UHGV virus genome: UHGV-1353943
Direction: 5' to 3' (one strand)
Origin: a virus
Length of the DNA stretch: 32,893 nucleotides
In this document: in pieces, positions 1-7,272 of the stretch
Layout: the number at the start of each line of letters is the position of its first letter
Numbering within the stretch: the stretch's first letter is position 1
Notes under the pieces: model-generated
Database searches by the model: none
Told to the model about the DNA's origin: nothing
What the model saw: the letters and a program-made list of their open reading frames with translations, nothing else
Translations under genes and position numbers: made by a program

Positions 1-492
1 CATCAGATGCTTATGCTGTGGGGGGCGAGGCTCTCAGAGCTTAGGCTGGCAACAAAGACAGAGTTTGACCTGCTGGACAACGTATGGACCGTACCGAAAG
101 AGCATAGCAAGATGGGTAATGTTATCCGCCGTCCAATCTTCGAACAAATTAAGCCTTTCCTCGAAAAGGCCATGACAACGTACAATGATGTTCTTTTCCC
201 TGGAGAAGACATAAACAAACCGATCAGCATCGCTGCAGCCAACCGATTCGTAAATCGAATAAGGGGAGGGATGGATCTAGGTTACTGGCGAACACACGAT
301 TTCAGAAGAACGCTTGTTACACGTCTGTCCGAGATGAATGTCGAGCCTCATGTTACTGAGCGAATGCTCGGTCATGAACTTGGCGGGATAATGTCCGTAT
401 ACAATAAACACGACTGGATAGAGGCTCAGCGCAAAGCGTATGAGCTTCACGCTGATAAATTGTTCTGGCACATCAGGAGCATTTCTGATTAA
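1..492 (+). CDS. int: Tyrosine integrase, C-terminal catalytic part (5' end outside window)
   Basis: Open frame from position 1 to stop at 492; translation carries recombinase-type motifs (HDFRRT, GHELGG, Y near the C-terminus). Confidence 0.85.
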   Translation, partial: HQMLMLWGARLSELRLATKTEFDLLDNVWTVPKEHSKMGNVIRRPIFEQIKPFLEKAMTTYNDVLFPGEDINKPISIAAANRFVNRIRGGMDLGYWRTHDFRRTLVTRLSEMNVEPHVTERMLGHELGGIMSVYNKHDWIEAQRKAYELHADKLFWHIRSISD

Positions 493-664
493 CGCCACCG
501 TTAAGAATCCACCCCTCAACAGCTTCACGAAGGTATGATTTGGGGTGGGTTCTGACTGGCTTCGGAAATCCGTGCCGTTTGGTATAGTTCCAGATTGTCT
601 GACGTGATGAAACACCGAGCTTGTTCATCACTTCTTTCTCAGGAATCAGGCTGGTATCGGTCAT
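473..664 (-). CDS. xis: Excisionase / AlpA-family DNA-binding protein
   Basis: 63 aa; LIPEKEV...GVSSRQTIWNYTKRHGFPKP resembles AlpA/Xis helix-turn-helix; GGAG upstream of the ATG at 664; converges on int and overlaps its 3' end by 20 nt. Confidence 0.65.
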   Translation of the reverse strand: MTDTSLIPEKEVMNKLGVSSRQTIWNYTKRHGFPKPVRTHPKSYLREAVEGWILNGGVNQKCS

Positions 665-680
665 CTTAATTCTCCAGGCA

Positions 681-703
681 AAAAGAAACCGCCATCAGGC
701 GGC
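681..703 (-). terminator. Intrinsic terminator (hairpin CCGCC/GGCGG plus T-tract on minus strand)
   Basis: Plus-strand AAAAGAAACCGCCATCAGGCGGC; on the minus strand this is a GC stem-loop followed by TTTCTTTT. Confidence 0.5.
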
Positions 704-745
704 TTGGTGTTCTTTCAGTTCTTCAATTCGAATGTTGGTTACGTC

Positions 746-1045
746 TTATTCGATACGCACTCCTGGTATTTCGCCTTTTGATATTGCTAAGTCATAAATT
801 TGCGCGGCACTATACCCATCTCGCATCCATGAATCTAAGGCGCGAACAGCCTCGCTACGCTTTTTATCTTCTCTCTCATTTTTGATATCAACGAGGACAT
901 CAACGCAATTAAGGCATATGTGGATTTTGTCCTTACATTCGATCATGGCGGCTTTGCCATGATTTCCGCCACACAGTGAGCATAAATCTTCAGGGTCTGG
1001 CTGGTATTTCTGTAACGTTAGAGGGTTGAATGTTGAACAGACCAT
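746..1045 (-). CDS. Hypothetical Cys-rich (zinc-ribbon-like) small protein; accessory gene
   Basis: ORF 746..1057; CSLCGG...CLNC Cys pairs; GGAG lies 6 nt before the third in-frame ATG (1045), the first ATG (1057) has no RBS; terminator hairpins on both sides. Confidence 0.45.
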   Translation of the reverse strand: MVCSTFNPLTLQKYQPDPEDLCSLCGGNHGKAAMIECKDKIHICLNCVDVLVDIKNEREDKKRSEAVRALDSWMRDGYSAAQIYDLAISKGEIPGVRIE

Positions 1046-1057
1046 AATCATCTCCAT

Positions 1058-1080
1058 AAAACAAAACTCGCAGTAGCGAG
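1058..1080 (-). terminator. Hairpin CTCGC-TACT-GCGAG followed by TTTTGTTTT on the minus strand
   Basis: Read directly; sits immediately upstream of the Cys-rich gene RBS. Confidence 0.4.
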
Positions 1081-1084
1081 TTCA

Positions 1085-1113
1085 GATAAAAGAAAACCCG
1101 CACTAGGCGGGTT
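1085..1113 (-). terminator. Intrinsic terminator (AACCCGC-loop-GCGGGTT plus TTCTTTTAT on minus strand)
   Basis: 7-bp stem, 5-nt loop and a T-rich tail on the minus strand, downstream of the NYN gene. Confidence 0.55.
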
Positions 1114-1292
1114 CGTATTCGTTCAGGTTGTCAGTTCTTGGCGTTCTGCTCAGCCATCTCTGTAAATAGAAAGGCCCGCAATGATGGCCTGGGTGTAAAT
1201 GCTGTTGGGGGCACTTAGGCTACTTCTTTGTGTTCTTTTTCTGCCAGAATGGATCATCTATTAAGGCGCGGCTAACCTATTCCTAGCTCCAA

Positions 1293-1940
1293 TCACAATT
1301 TATCCATGGTATCTGGCACTAACAAATCGGAATGTTCATACATCGTCTGCTTGACACTATGTCCCAGTGTGTATAGAAAAATCTGTCGGCCTTCTTTCCT
1401 GGCAAATTTTATAATTGGAACAAAATCTGAATCACCAGTCACCAAAGCATATATATCTGCCTGTTTTTTTAATGACATTGATGACATATCTAACGCAATA
1501 CGCATATCAACGCCTTTCTGCTGAACATTAGGCTTAACATTGTAGGCATTAATGGAAGAAGTTTTAGAGTCACTGCTCTTTAATGCCCATGGGTCAACCT
1601 TCCATCCTCGAAAGTTTGTCTCTCCAAGTCTTACTGCAAAAAAAGGAGTTCTTTTCAACTCATCAAGCATGGCTTTATTTCTTTTAGAAACTTCTGTTTC
1701 AGAGAAGTCAATTTTCTCTCCACTAATCGGATGCGTCTGTATTCCGGTAAGCGGCTCTGCATCGTAATAATAAATACGGTGCAAAATCATGCCTTCTAGT
1801 TCAGGCCTTTTTGTTAGTTTTTCTACAAATACTTTGATTACTTCCGCATCGATTGGCTTATCTTTTGTGCCTAATTTTGCACGCAAAAAACCAGCATCGA
1901 TCATGATGGCATATTTTCTGGTCATTGATTTGCAATTCAT
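1293..1940 (-). CDS. NYN/LabA-like (PIN-fold) domain protein; accessory gene
   Basis: 215 aa; N-terminal YAIMIDAGFL (Asp-containing strand) and C-terminal GDSDFVP are typical of NYN/LabA nuclease folds; markedly AT-rich compared with neighbours; no clear SD at any of the three candidate ATGs (1940, 1925, 1904). Confidence 0.6.
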   Translation of the reverse strand: MNCKSMTRKYAIMIDAGFLRAKLGTKDKPIDAEVIKVFVEKLTKRPELEGMILHRIYYYDAEPLTGIQTHPISGEKIDFSETEVSKRNKAMLDELKRTPFFAVRLGETNFRGWKVDPWALKSSDSKTSSINAYNVKPNVQQKGVDMRIALDMSSMSLKKQADIYALVTGDSDFVPIIKFARKEGRQIFLYTLGHSVKQTMYEHSDLLVPDTMDKL

Positions 1941-2165
1941 AGTAGGGAGGAAAGGGGGGGTGGGTTAAGTTCGCGGGGTACACCCCTCTTGTATAGTAGC
2001 GAACCGCCCACCTTCATTGCGCATAATTATAAAACCAAACTTATTGAGGAGCAAGCCCTCAGAGAAGGATGTTTTTACATCAAAAATGGTTAACCATCAT
2101 CCGAACCATCCGGAGTTACCGGAGAGTTGCCATTCACAAGGTCAGCTCGAACATATAGCGTGTCA

Positions 2166-2507
2166 TCATGGTGCTGATTGTGGCTGCACCACGTTAATTC
2201 GCTTAAATTGCTGGTTTCTTTCCCGTTCATCCAGTAGTGCCAGCGCAACATTTGGATTAAAGGCAGCAATAAATTCAGCGTTTGCATAAGCCTGAACATC
2301 TGTTTTAACCAGGCAGTTAACATGACATTCTGCAATCACGCCACCGGGTTCTCCTTTCCATTTTTGACAAACAAAAACTCCTGTTAAATTGCCGTGCTGG
2401 TTAACAGATGTATGCCCTACGATGTAGCTTCCTTTAGTTGCTTTCTCTGCCGCCTCACGCAGTGCCTGATAGTCAATCTTGCTCACTGGTTGCCTCCTTT
2501 GCGCCAC
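2166..2507 (-). CDS. Ead/Ea22-like early protein (tentative)
   Basis: 113 aa; position in the early-left 'ea' region; a 3' overlapping ORF in another frame (2090..2335) suggests a possible frameshift. Confidence 0.4.
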   Translation of the reverse strand: MAQRRQPVSKIDYQALREAAEKATKGSYIVGHTSVNQHGNLTGVFVCQKWKGEPGGVIAECHVNCLVKTDVQAYANAEFIAAFNPNVALALLDERERNQQFKRINVVQPQSAP

Positions 2508-2683
2508 ATCTCATTCAGATATTTGTTTTGATTTACTGATGGAAAAGAATTTCTCTTAAGCAATTCCTCTCTCGATGGCATTGGCTTTACGCGTTGGCGA
2601 ATAATCATTTCTGCCGGAAGAATGCCGGGATTGTATGCAAGTCCTCTCATGGTAAATTCCTCAGTCATTACTGATAGCGCCAT
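2483..2683 (-). CDS. Hypothetical small early protein
   Basis: ORF 2483..2803; internal ATG at 2683 (or 2668, which forms an ATGA overlap with the upstream gene stop); operon context. Confidence 0.35.
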   Translation of the reverse strand: MALSVMTEEFTMRGLAYNPGILPAEMIIRQRVKPMPSREELLKRNSFPSVNQNKYLNEMWRKGGNQ

Positions 2684-2957
2684 AGCGTGAGCGGTAATTA
2701 CGCAGGCGCGGGTCGATATATTCAGGGAAGTGGGTATATGTGGCTTTGCGGAATGGTCGGATTGATGTCTGGTAAATTCTCTCTCGTTCTTCTTTCTCTG
2801 CAAGCCATATACAGTGGCGAAATTCCTTTTCCTCTTTCGTTTCCTGCGGTAGTGACATTATCCGATCGTAGTTTTTTCTGAATTTATCCAGCACCTCCGA
2901 TACGGAATTGCCGGAACAGCGGCGCGGGTCATCCGCACCATACAGAGGCGCTGGCAT
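2661..2957 (-). CDS. Hypothetical early protein
   Basis: 98 aa ORF; AAGGA RBS about 8 nt before the ATG at 2957. Confidence 0.5.
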   Translation of the reverse strand: MPAPLYGADDPRRCSGNSVSEVLDKFRKNYDRIMSLPQETKEEKEFRHCIWLAEKEERERIYQTSIRPFRKATYTHFPEYIDPRLRNYRSRYGAISND

Positions 2958-2980
2958 AATTAAATCCTTATTTTTCTAAA

Positions 2981-3364
2981 TCAGAATGGGATGGAATCGT
3001 CGTATACAGGGGTGTTCTGCTGGTTACTACTTTGCTGCTGCGGGCCATTTCCTGAAGCTGCAAATCCAATCTTTGCATTCAGTAATTCAAGAGTGATTGA
3101 TTGACCATTTTGCCCCTGATAAACATCAACCCTGATGTTTTCTCCGGTAATTTCCACAATGCCACCTTCAACAAGAACACTACGGTAGTAATCCGCTTGC
3201 GCTCCCGGCTTGGCAAATACAACGGCGCTGTAGTTTGTCCATTCTTTCTTTTTTGTCTGGCGATCGTAATACTGAACGCCAGCACGGATGTTGAATCCGA
3301 TATTTTCCCCGGCCTGAAACTCTCTTGCGGGCTTGTTTAGTCTTACAGTAATCGAATGTGCCAT
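2981..3364 (-). CDS. Single-stranded DNA-binding protein-like
   Basis: 127 aa ending in DDSIPF, like the acidic SSB C-terminal tail (DDDIPF); Q/N/G-rich linker before it; GAAGGAG RBS; start overlaps the Erf stop (TAATG). Confidence 0.55.
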   Translation of the reverse strand: MAHSITVRLNKPAREFQAGENIGFNIRAGVQYYDRQTKKKEWTNYSAVVFAKPGAQADYYRSVLVEGGIVEITGENIRVDVYQGQNGQSITLELLNAKIGFAASGNGPQQQSSNQQNTPVYDDSIPF

Positions 3365-3999
3365 TAAGCAGCCGCTCCTTCTAATTCGTCTCGTCTGATG
3401 TTGTAAACGTCCTGCGCTTTGTGCTGCTCAGGTGTGCCTTCGAGCATCTTCCACGCTTTGGCGAACGCCTGTTTAAGCTCTTCCACGGTGTTTTTCTGCA
3501 ATGCTGCGTCAGTGAATGCTTTTAGAACCTGTTCAGGTGTAGGTGATGGTTTTGATTGCTTTGCTGCTGCGTTCTGCTGATGTTTATGCTCGTCGGTATC
3601 TGCATCTTTCGCATCATCAATGCCGAACAAACCATTGAGGCAATACTTGCGTGCATAAGAGCTTGTAGCTCCCGTAACTTGTGCAGAATCCATTCCTTTC
3701 TTGCTTTCTTCCTCTCGTGCAAGAGCGGTTGCCGTATGACTGTTTTCGCCATCGGTAATAGTTGCCGTGGCTTTCACGTAATACCGATCACCAATCAACA
3801 CAACTTCATCGCTGATTGATAAAAACAGGCCATTCAGTAACGGCTTAACGCCTTCAAGAATGTCTTCGCAGCTTCTGTATTTATATTTGCCGAATGAGTT
3901 GTACTGATTCTTTGGCGCGTTCAGATTCTCCTGAATAGCTGCCAGTCTTGCGTAAAATTCTTTGCTCATATGATTGTTCTCAGAATGGACATGGCCCAA
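3364..3999 (-). CDS. erf: Erf-family ssDNA annealing (recombination) protein
   Basis: SYARKYCLNGLFGI core resembles the ERF superfamily; sits where lambda bet / P22 erf sit; start ambiguous (ATG 3999 or 3969). Confidence 0.65.
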   Translation of the reverse strand: MGHVHSENNHMSKEFYARLAAIQENLNAPKNQYNSFGKYKYRSCEDILEGVKPLLNGLFLSISDEVVLIGDRYYVKATATITDGENSHTATALAREEESKKGMDSAQVTGATSSYARKYCLNGLFGIDDAKDADTDEHKHQQNAAAKQSKPSPTPEQVLKAFTDAALQKNTVEELKQAFAKAWKMLEGTPEQHKAQDVYNIRRDELEGAAA

Positions 4000-4058
4000 G
4001 GAAATAACGCTGATTTAATACTTCAGTCTTTGCCGCATTTAAAAATACGCGAACACCT

Positions 4059-4229
4059 TCACGATCTCCCTTCTGGCGATACATTAACGCCTGCTGCGTG
4101 TACATGCGTCTCTGTAACTTGCTCTCCTTCACTGTGGTTGCAAGTGACATGAATATCTCCTTCGTTACCGATTAAATCTTTCATCTGACGAATGAATTCT
4201 TCGTCTGACCAGTTATCTGTAAAACTCAT
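4059..4229 (-). CDS. Hypothetical small protein (kil-position gene)
   Basis: 56 aa from the internal ATG at 4229, which forms an ATGA overlap with the cIII-like stop; identity unknown. Confidence 0.4.
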   Translation of the reverse strand: MSFTDNWSDEEFIRQMKDLIGNEGDIHVTCNHSEGEQVTETHVHAAGVNVSPEGRS

Positions 4230-4396
4230 GGACGGCCTTGTTGTTTCAAAATATCCCAAAGCTTTTCGAGCAAGCTTTTCATTCTTGGTTGTTTAAAGTC
4301 TGCTCCGGTTAAAATGTTTTTTCGTGAATGCTGTACCGATAAAATCGGGTTGAAAGGGCGAACCGATGCCGCCCCTGCAATAGCGAACTGTTGCAT
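4226..4396 (-). CDS. cIII: cIII-like protein (putative FtsH/HflB inhibitor)
   Basis: 56 aa from ATG 4396 with AAGGAG RBS; N-terminus MQQFAIAGA and SLLEKLWDILKQ resemble lambda CIII; correct position left of N. Confidence 0.5.
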   Translation of the reverse strand: MQQFAIAGAASVRPFNPILSVQHSRKNILTGADFKQPRMKSLLEKLWDILKQQGRP

Positions 4397-4465
4397 AGGA
4401 TGCTCCTTCTGTTTGATTGCATAACGAAAACGCCTCAAGTGAAGCGTTATTGGTATGCATATAAA

Positions 4466-4492
4466 AAGGCCCTCACACTGGAGGGCAAAGAA
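4466..4492 (-). terminator. Intrinsic terminator (GCCCTC-CAGTGT-GAGGGC plus TTTTTAT on minus strand), tL-like
   Basis: Strong GC hairpin and T-run on the minus strand between the membrane-protein gene and cIII. Confidence 0.6.
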
Positions 4493-4635
4493 GATTTCCA
4501 ATAATCAGAACAAGTCGGCTCCTGTTTAGTTACGAGCGACATTGCTCCGTGTATTCACTCGTTGGAATGAATACAAAGTGCAGTGTTTATTCTGTTGTTT
4601 GTGCCAAAAATAAAGGCCGACTATGCGTCCTGAAA

Positions 4636-5001
4636 TTACTTAACCAATGATGCTGCATATTCGATAAGGTAAAGTTTTGGAGCAAGCCAAATTTTCAGCC
4701 AGTCGAAATAATTGAAGAAAACAACAATAGAAGTAATCTCTATTCCTGATGTGACAAGTAGTGATAAAAGAACAATATCTGCATCATCTCCTTTATTCCA
4801 TGCAAAAATCATCAGATAAACACACGCTATAATCACCAATACACAGATAGCCTGAATTCCAGCTGATGATACGGCGTGCCACATCAAAAGCTGATGGATG
4901 ACATCAGGAATCTGTGCCTGGCTAAATGAAACAGCCGCGTCTATTCCATTGCTGGCTTTTTGCAGTAGTTCTACGAGAATCTTGTTTGCTTGTTCTTCCA
5001 T
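4636..5001 (-). CDS. Small membrane protein (two predicted TM helices); possible superinfection-exclusion-type gene
   Basis: 121 aa; hydrophobic stretches IQAICVLVIIACVYLMIFAW and IVLLSLLVTSGIEITSIVVFF; AAGGTGA RBS; AT-rich; terminators on both sides. Confidence 0.5.
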   Translation of the reverse strand: MEEQANKILVELLQKASNGIDAAVSFSQAQIPDVIHQLLMWHAVSSAGIQAICVLVIIACVYLMIFAWNKGDDADIVLLSLLVTSGIEITSIVVFFNYFDWLKIWLAPKLYLIEYAASLVK

Positions 5002-5049
5002 ATATCACCTTGATTGTAATAAGCATGAAATTATTTACGGCTAAAAAAT

Positions 5050-5080
5050 AAAGGCCACCATCAGGCAGCCTTGTTGTAAA
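5050..5080 (-). terminator. Intrinsic terminator (AAGGCTGCC-TGAT-GGTGGCCTT plus TATTTTTT on minus strand)
   Basis: Hairpin and T-tract read on the minus strand; overlaps the 3' end of ORF 5061..5312. Confidence 0.5.
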
Positions 5081-5312
5081 TGTTGCAGGTATCAAGTAAG
5101 TAATTAGATGGAGCGCCATAAATTATGAATTCATCGTTTGTCGGATCCATCTCCATCTCTTGGCCTATTGCCATTCTTGCGTCAGTGTCATCAGCGGCGA
5201 AGCATAAAACAGCCCACGCTCCCATTGTTTTAAAAAGAACTGCAATTGGCTGTGGTTTTACTGAATTTGCGTTAGCGCGAAAATCACAAATCGCACTTTC
5301 ATGAAATTCCAT
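5061..5312 (-). CDS. Hypothetical protein immediately downstream of N
   Basis: ORF 5061..5369; internal ATG at 5312 preceded by GAGGT RBS and clear of N. Confidence 0.4.
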   Translation of the reverse strand: MEFHESAICDFRANANSVKPQPIAVLFKTMGAWAVLCFAADDTDARMAIGQEMEMDPTNDEFIIYGAPSNYLLDTCNIYNKAA

Positions 5313-5320
5313 ATCTAACC

Positions 5321-5620
5321 TCAAATAAGTGGTTTGCTGCCTAATTTCATTTTCTGGCGACCAACACAAGTCATACCCATTTCACTGCGTGGCTTGCGGT
5401 AGTAAATACGATTCTGTTTACGCTCGACTTCTTCTTCCTTCTTGCAGCGAAGGCTTCCGAGTGATGCTGCTTTGTCTGCTCTGACGCAACCAGAGAGCTT
5501 TAGCGCAATTTTTCGCGCCAGTCGCTGCTCTTGCATTGCCTGTTCACGTTGAGCCTGTCTGCGTGCTCTGCGGCGATTTCTGGCGTTATCGTCAGCCAGA
5601 TATGTAATGACTACTGTCAT
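5321..5620 (-). CDS. N: Antitermination protein N
   Basis: 99 aa; N-terminal arginine-rich motif (NARNRRRARRQAQ) and C-terminus CVGRQKMKLGSKPLI close to lambda N; GGAGG RBS; nutL in its leader. Confidence 0.8.
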   Translation of the reverse strand: MTVVITYLADDNARNRRRARRQAQREQAMQEQRLARKIALKLSGCVRADKAASLGSLRCKKEEEVERKQNRIYYRKPRSEMGMTCVGRQKMKLGSKPLI

Positions 5621-5726
5621 GTTGACCTCCGATGATTGACTTTGGCGGTGACGCGCCGGGTGCTTATCTTCCGGTTGCCGTCGTGCAGCTGCACTTCACG
5701 TCACCCCAAAGCCAACTACTCTTTGG

Positions 5727-5770
5727 TTCCCGCATTTCGGCGGGACAATCCCATCAATGTTAAAGAGCCT
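5727..5770 (-). promoter_or_regulatory. nutL: nutL (boxA GGCTCTTTAACA, 13-nt spacer, boxB hairpin TCCCGCC-GAAAT-GCGGGA)
   Basis: BoxA-like sequence and stem-loop read on the minus strand in the N leader; the same boxB recurs at nutR. Confidence 0.65.
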
Positions 5771-5809
5771 GCCAATCTTTTCCGTTTGGCTTCCAGCGTC
5801 CTGCTGATG

Positions 5810-5845
5810 GCTTAAATTTAAGATCTCTTTAATTAATGGTCAAGA
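5810..5845 (-). promoter_or_regulatory. pL promoter (-35 TTGACC, 17-bp spacer, -10 TAAATT) overlapping TTAAGA-type operator half-sites
   Basis: Hexamers read on the minus strand upstream of the N leader; TTAAGATCTCTTTAA overlaps the promoter. Confidence 0.55.
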
Positions 5846-5911
5846 GTATTTTTGAAGAAAACTTAAATTTTCTTTCGTAACTTAAGTTTGGCTTTGATTT
5901 TTAAAGGAAAT

Positions 5912-5934
5912 AAAAAAAAGGGGCGAATGCCCCC
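5912..5934 (-). terminator. Intrinsic terminator just after the repressor gene (GGGGGC-ATTC-GCCCC plus T8 on minus strand)
   Basis: Hairpin followed by eight T on the minus strand, directly after the repressor stop codon. Confidence 0.6.
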
Positions 5935-6585
5935 TTATGGAAGGTTTGCTAGTTTTGCATCGACAACTACGCCGATGATTTTGCAGTTTCCGTTGATCTC
6001 GATCATCGGATATTGTGGGTTAAGTGGTTTTAGAAACTTCCTGCCTGCATCAATAACTAACTTCTTGAAAGTTGCCTCGTTTTCTCCTTCGAGCTTTGCA
6101 ACTACCAGTTTCCCGTTACGCGGCTCTACTTCAGGATCGACGAGTATTATCATTCCTTCAGGGATACTGAGACCGGCCGGAGCCGTCATTGAGTCTCCCT
6201 TCACGTCCAACCAAAACGAATCTTCTGAACAGTCTACGGTTGTATCGTACCAGTTATCTATTGCACGCTTATGATATGGTTCTACAGCTTCCATCCAGCA
6301 TCCTGCGCTCACCCAGCTAATCAGAGGGTATGACCCTCTTGGATCATGCCTACTGTGATAGGCAATGTTTGAAAGACTTTCCTCTCCTTTCATCAGATAG
6401 TCAGGGGAACACTTCAACGCATTAGCCAGGGCGAGAAGATTCTCTCCATTTGGCTCTGTCTCAGAGCGTTCCCACTGAGATATGGCAACATTAGACACGC
6501 CGACCATCTTTCCAAGTGCGGCCTGCCTGATCTTAAGTTCTTTTCTCCGAGCGCGAATGCGCTCTCCCATCAATTGAGTTTTCAT
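5935..6585 (-). CDS. c2: Prophage repressor, P22 C2-type (HTH plus S24 LexA-like peptidase domain)
   Basis: 216 aa; HTH (QAALGKMVGVSNVAISQWE), Ala-Gly cleavage site and GDSM...K Ser/Lys dyad; very close to P22 C2 as recalled. Confidence 0.9.
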   Translation of the reverse strand: MKTQLMGERIRARRKELKIRQAALGKMVGVSNVAISQWERSETEPNGENLLALANALKCSPDYLMKGEESLSNIAYHSRHDPRGSYPLISWVSAGCWMEAVEPYHKRAIDNWYDTTVDCSEDSFWLDVKGDSMTAPAGLSIPEGMIILVDPEVEPRNGKLVVAKLEGENEATFKKLVIDAGRKFLKPLNPQYPMIEINGNCKIIGVVVDAKLANLP

Positions 6586-6665
6586 AGTTAAGACATCTTA
6601 AATAAACTTGACTTAAGATTCCTTTAGTGGATAATTTAAGTGTTCTTTAATTTCGGAGCGAGTCT
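6586..6665. promoter_or_regulatory. OR region: divergent pRM/pR with three operator-like sites built on TTAAGA half-sites; pR -35 TTGACT (6608-6613), -10 ATAATT (6631-6636)
   Basis: TTAAGACATCTTAA, CTTAAGATT and ATTTAAGTGTTCTTTAAT read directly; the last matches a P22-type 18-bp operator and overlaps the -10. Confidence 0.65.
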
Positions 6666-6851
6666 ATGTACAAGAAAGATGTTATCGACCACTTCGGAAC
6701 CCAGCGTGCTGTAGCTAAAGCGTTAGGCATTAGCGATGCAGCAGTCTCTCAGTGGAAGGAAGTCATCCCAGAGAAAGACGCCTATCGACTGGAAGTCGTT
6801 ACAGCTGGCGCCCTGAAGTATCAAGAAAGCGCTTACCGCAAAGCGGCATAA
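6666..6851 (+). CDS. cro: Cro repressor
   Basis: 61 aa HTH protein (QRAVAKALGISDAAVSQWK) transcribed divergently from the repressor; GGAG RBS. Confidence 0.8.
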   Translation: MYKKDVIDHFGTQRAVAKALGISDAAVSQWKEVIPEKDAYRLEVVTAGALKYQESAYRKAA

Positions 6852-6857
6852 GCAAAT

Positions 6858-6902
6858 TGCTCTTTAACAGTCATGGTCCTCATTCCCGCCGAAATGCGGG
6901 AA
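6858..6902 (+). promoter_or_regulatory. nutR: nutR (boxA TGCTCTTTAACA, 13-nt spacer, boxB hairpin TCCCGCC-GAAAT-GCGGGA)
   Basis: BoxA is nearly the rrn-type consensus; boxB is identical to the nutL copy. Confidence 0.65.
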
Positions 6903-6959
6903 TACAACGCGCATAAGTTGATGCGCATAACTTCTTATTTGTTAAGGAAATACTTACAT

Positions 6960-7238
6960 ATGCAACTTACAAGTACTCGCAAGAAAGCGAATGCAATTAC
7001 AAGCAACATCCTGAATCGAATTGCTGTACGTGGTCAGCGAAAGGTTGCCGACGCGTTAGGGATTAATGAATCGCAAATTTCGCGATGGAAAGACAGCTTC
7101 ATCCCAAAAATGGGAATGCTTCTTGCTGTTCTTGAATGGGGTGTTGAAGACGAGGAGTTGGCGGAACTGGCTAAGCAAGTAGCCAGAATGCTGACAAAAG
7201 AAAAAGCCCCGAAGAACGGCGAATTCTTCGAGGCCTGA
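6960..7238 (+). CDS. cII: cII-like transcriptional activator (P22 c1 analogue)
   Basis: ORF 6873..7238; AAGGAAA RBS before ATG 6960; NESQISRWK...IPKMGMLLAVLEWGV close to lambda CII. Confidence 0.8.
   Translation: MQLTSTRKKANAITSNILNRIAVRGQRKVADALGINESQISRWKDSFIPKMGMLLAVLEWGVEDEELAELAKQVARMLTKEKAPKNGEFFEA
6993..7006 (-). promoter_or_regulatory. Candidate pRE-type cII-binding site (TTGC-N6-TTGC on minus strand)
   Basis: TTGCTTGTAATTGC read on the minus strand inside the 5' part of the cII-like gene, as at lambda pRE. Confidence 0.4.
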
Positions 7239-7272
7239 TGTAGAAAGACTGGATCAATCCACAGGAGTAATT

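Noticed and set aside
1946-2010. G-rich palindromic stretch upstream of the NYN gene considered as an att core or tRNA fragment
   Set aside because: No cloverleaf could be folded and no direct repeat partner is present in the window; treated as part of the accessory gene's upstream regulatory region.
3970-4152. Plus-strand 60-aa ORF in the Erf/kil region
   Set aside because: Antisense to the leftward early operon and overlapping supported minus-strand genes.
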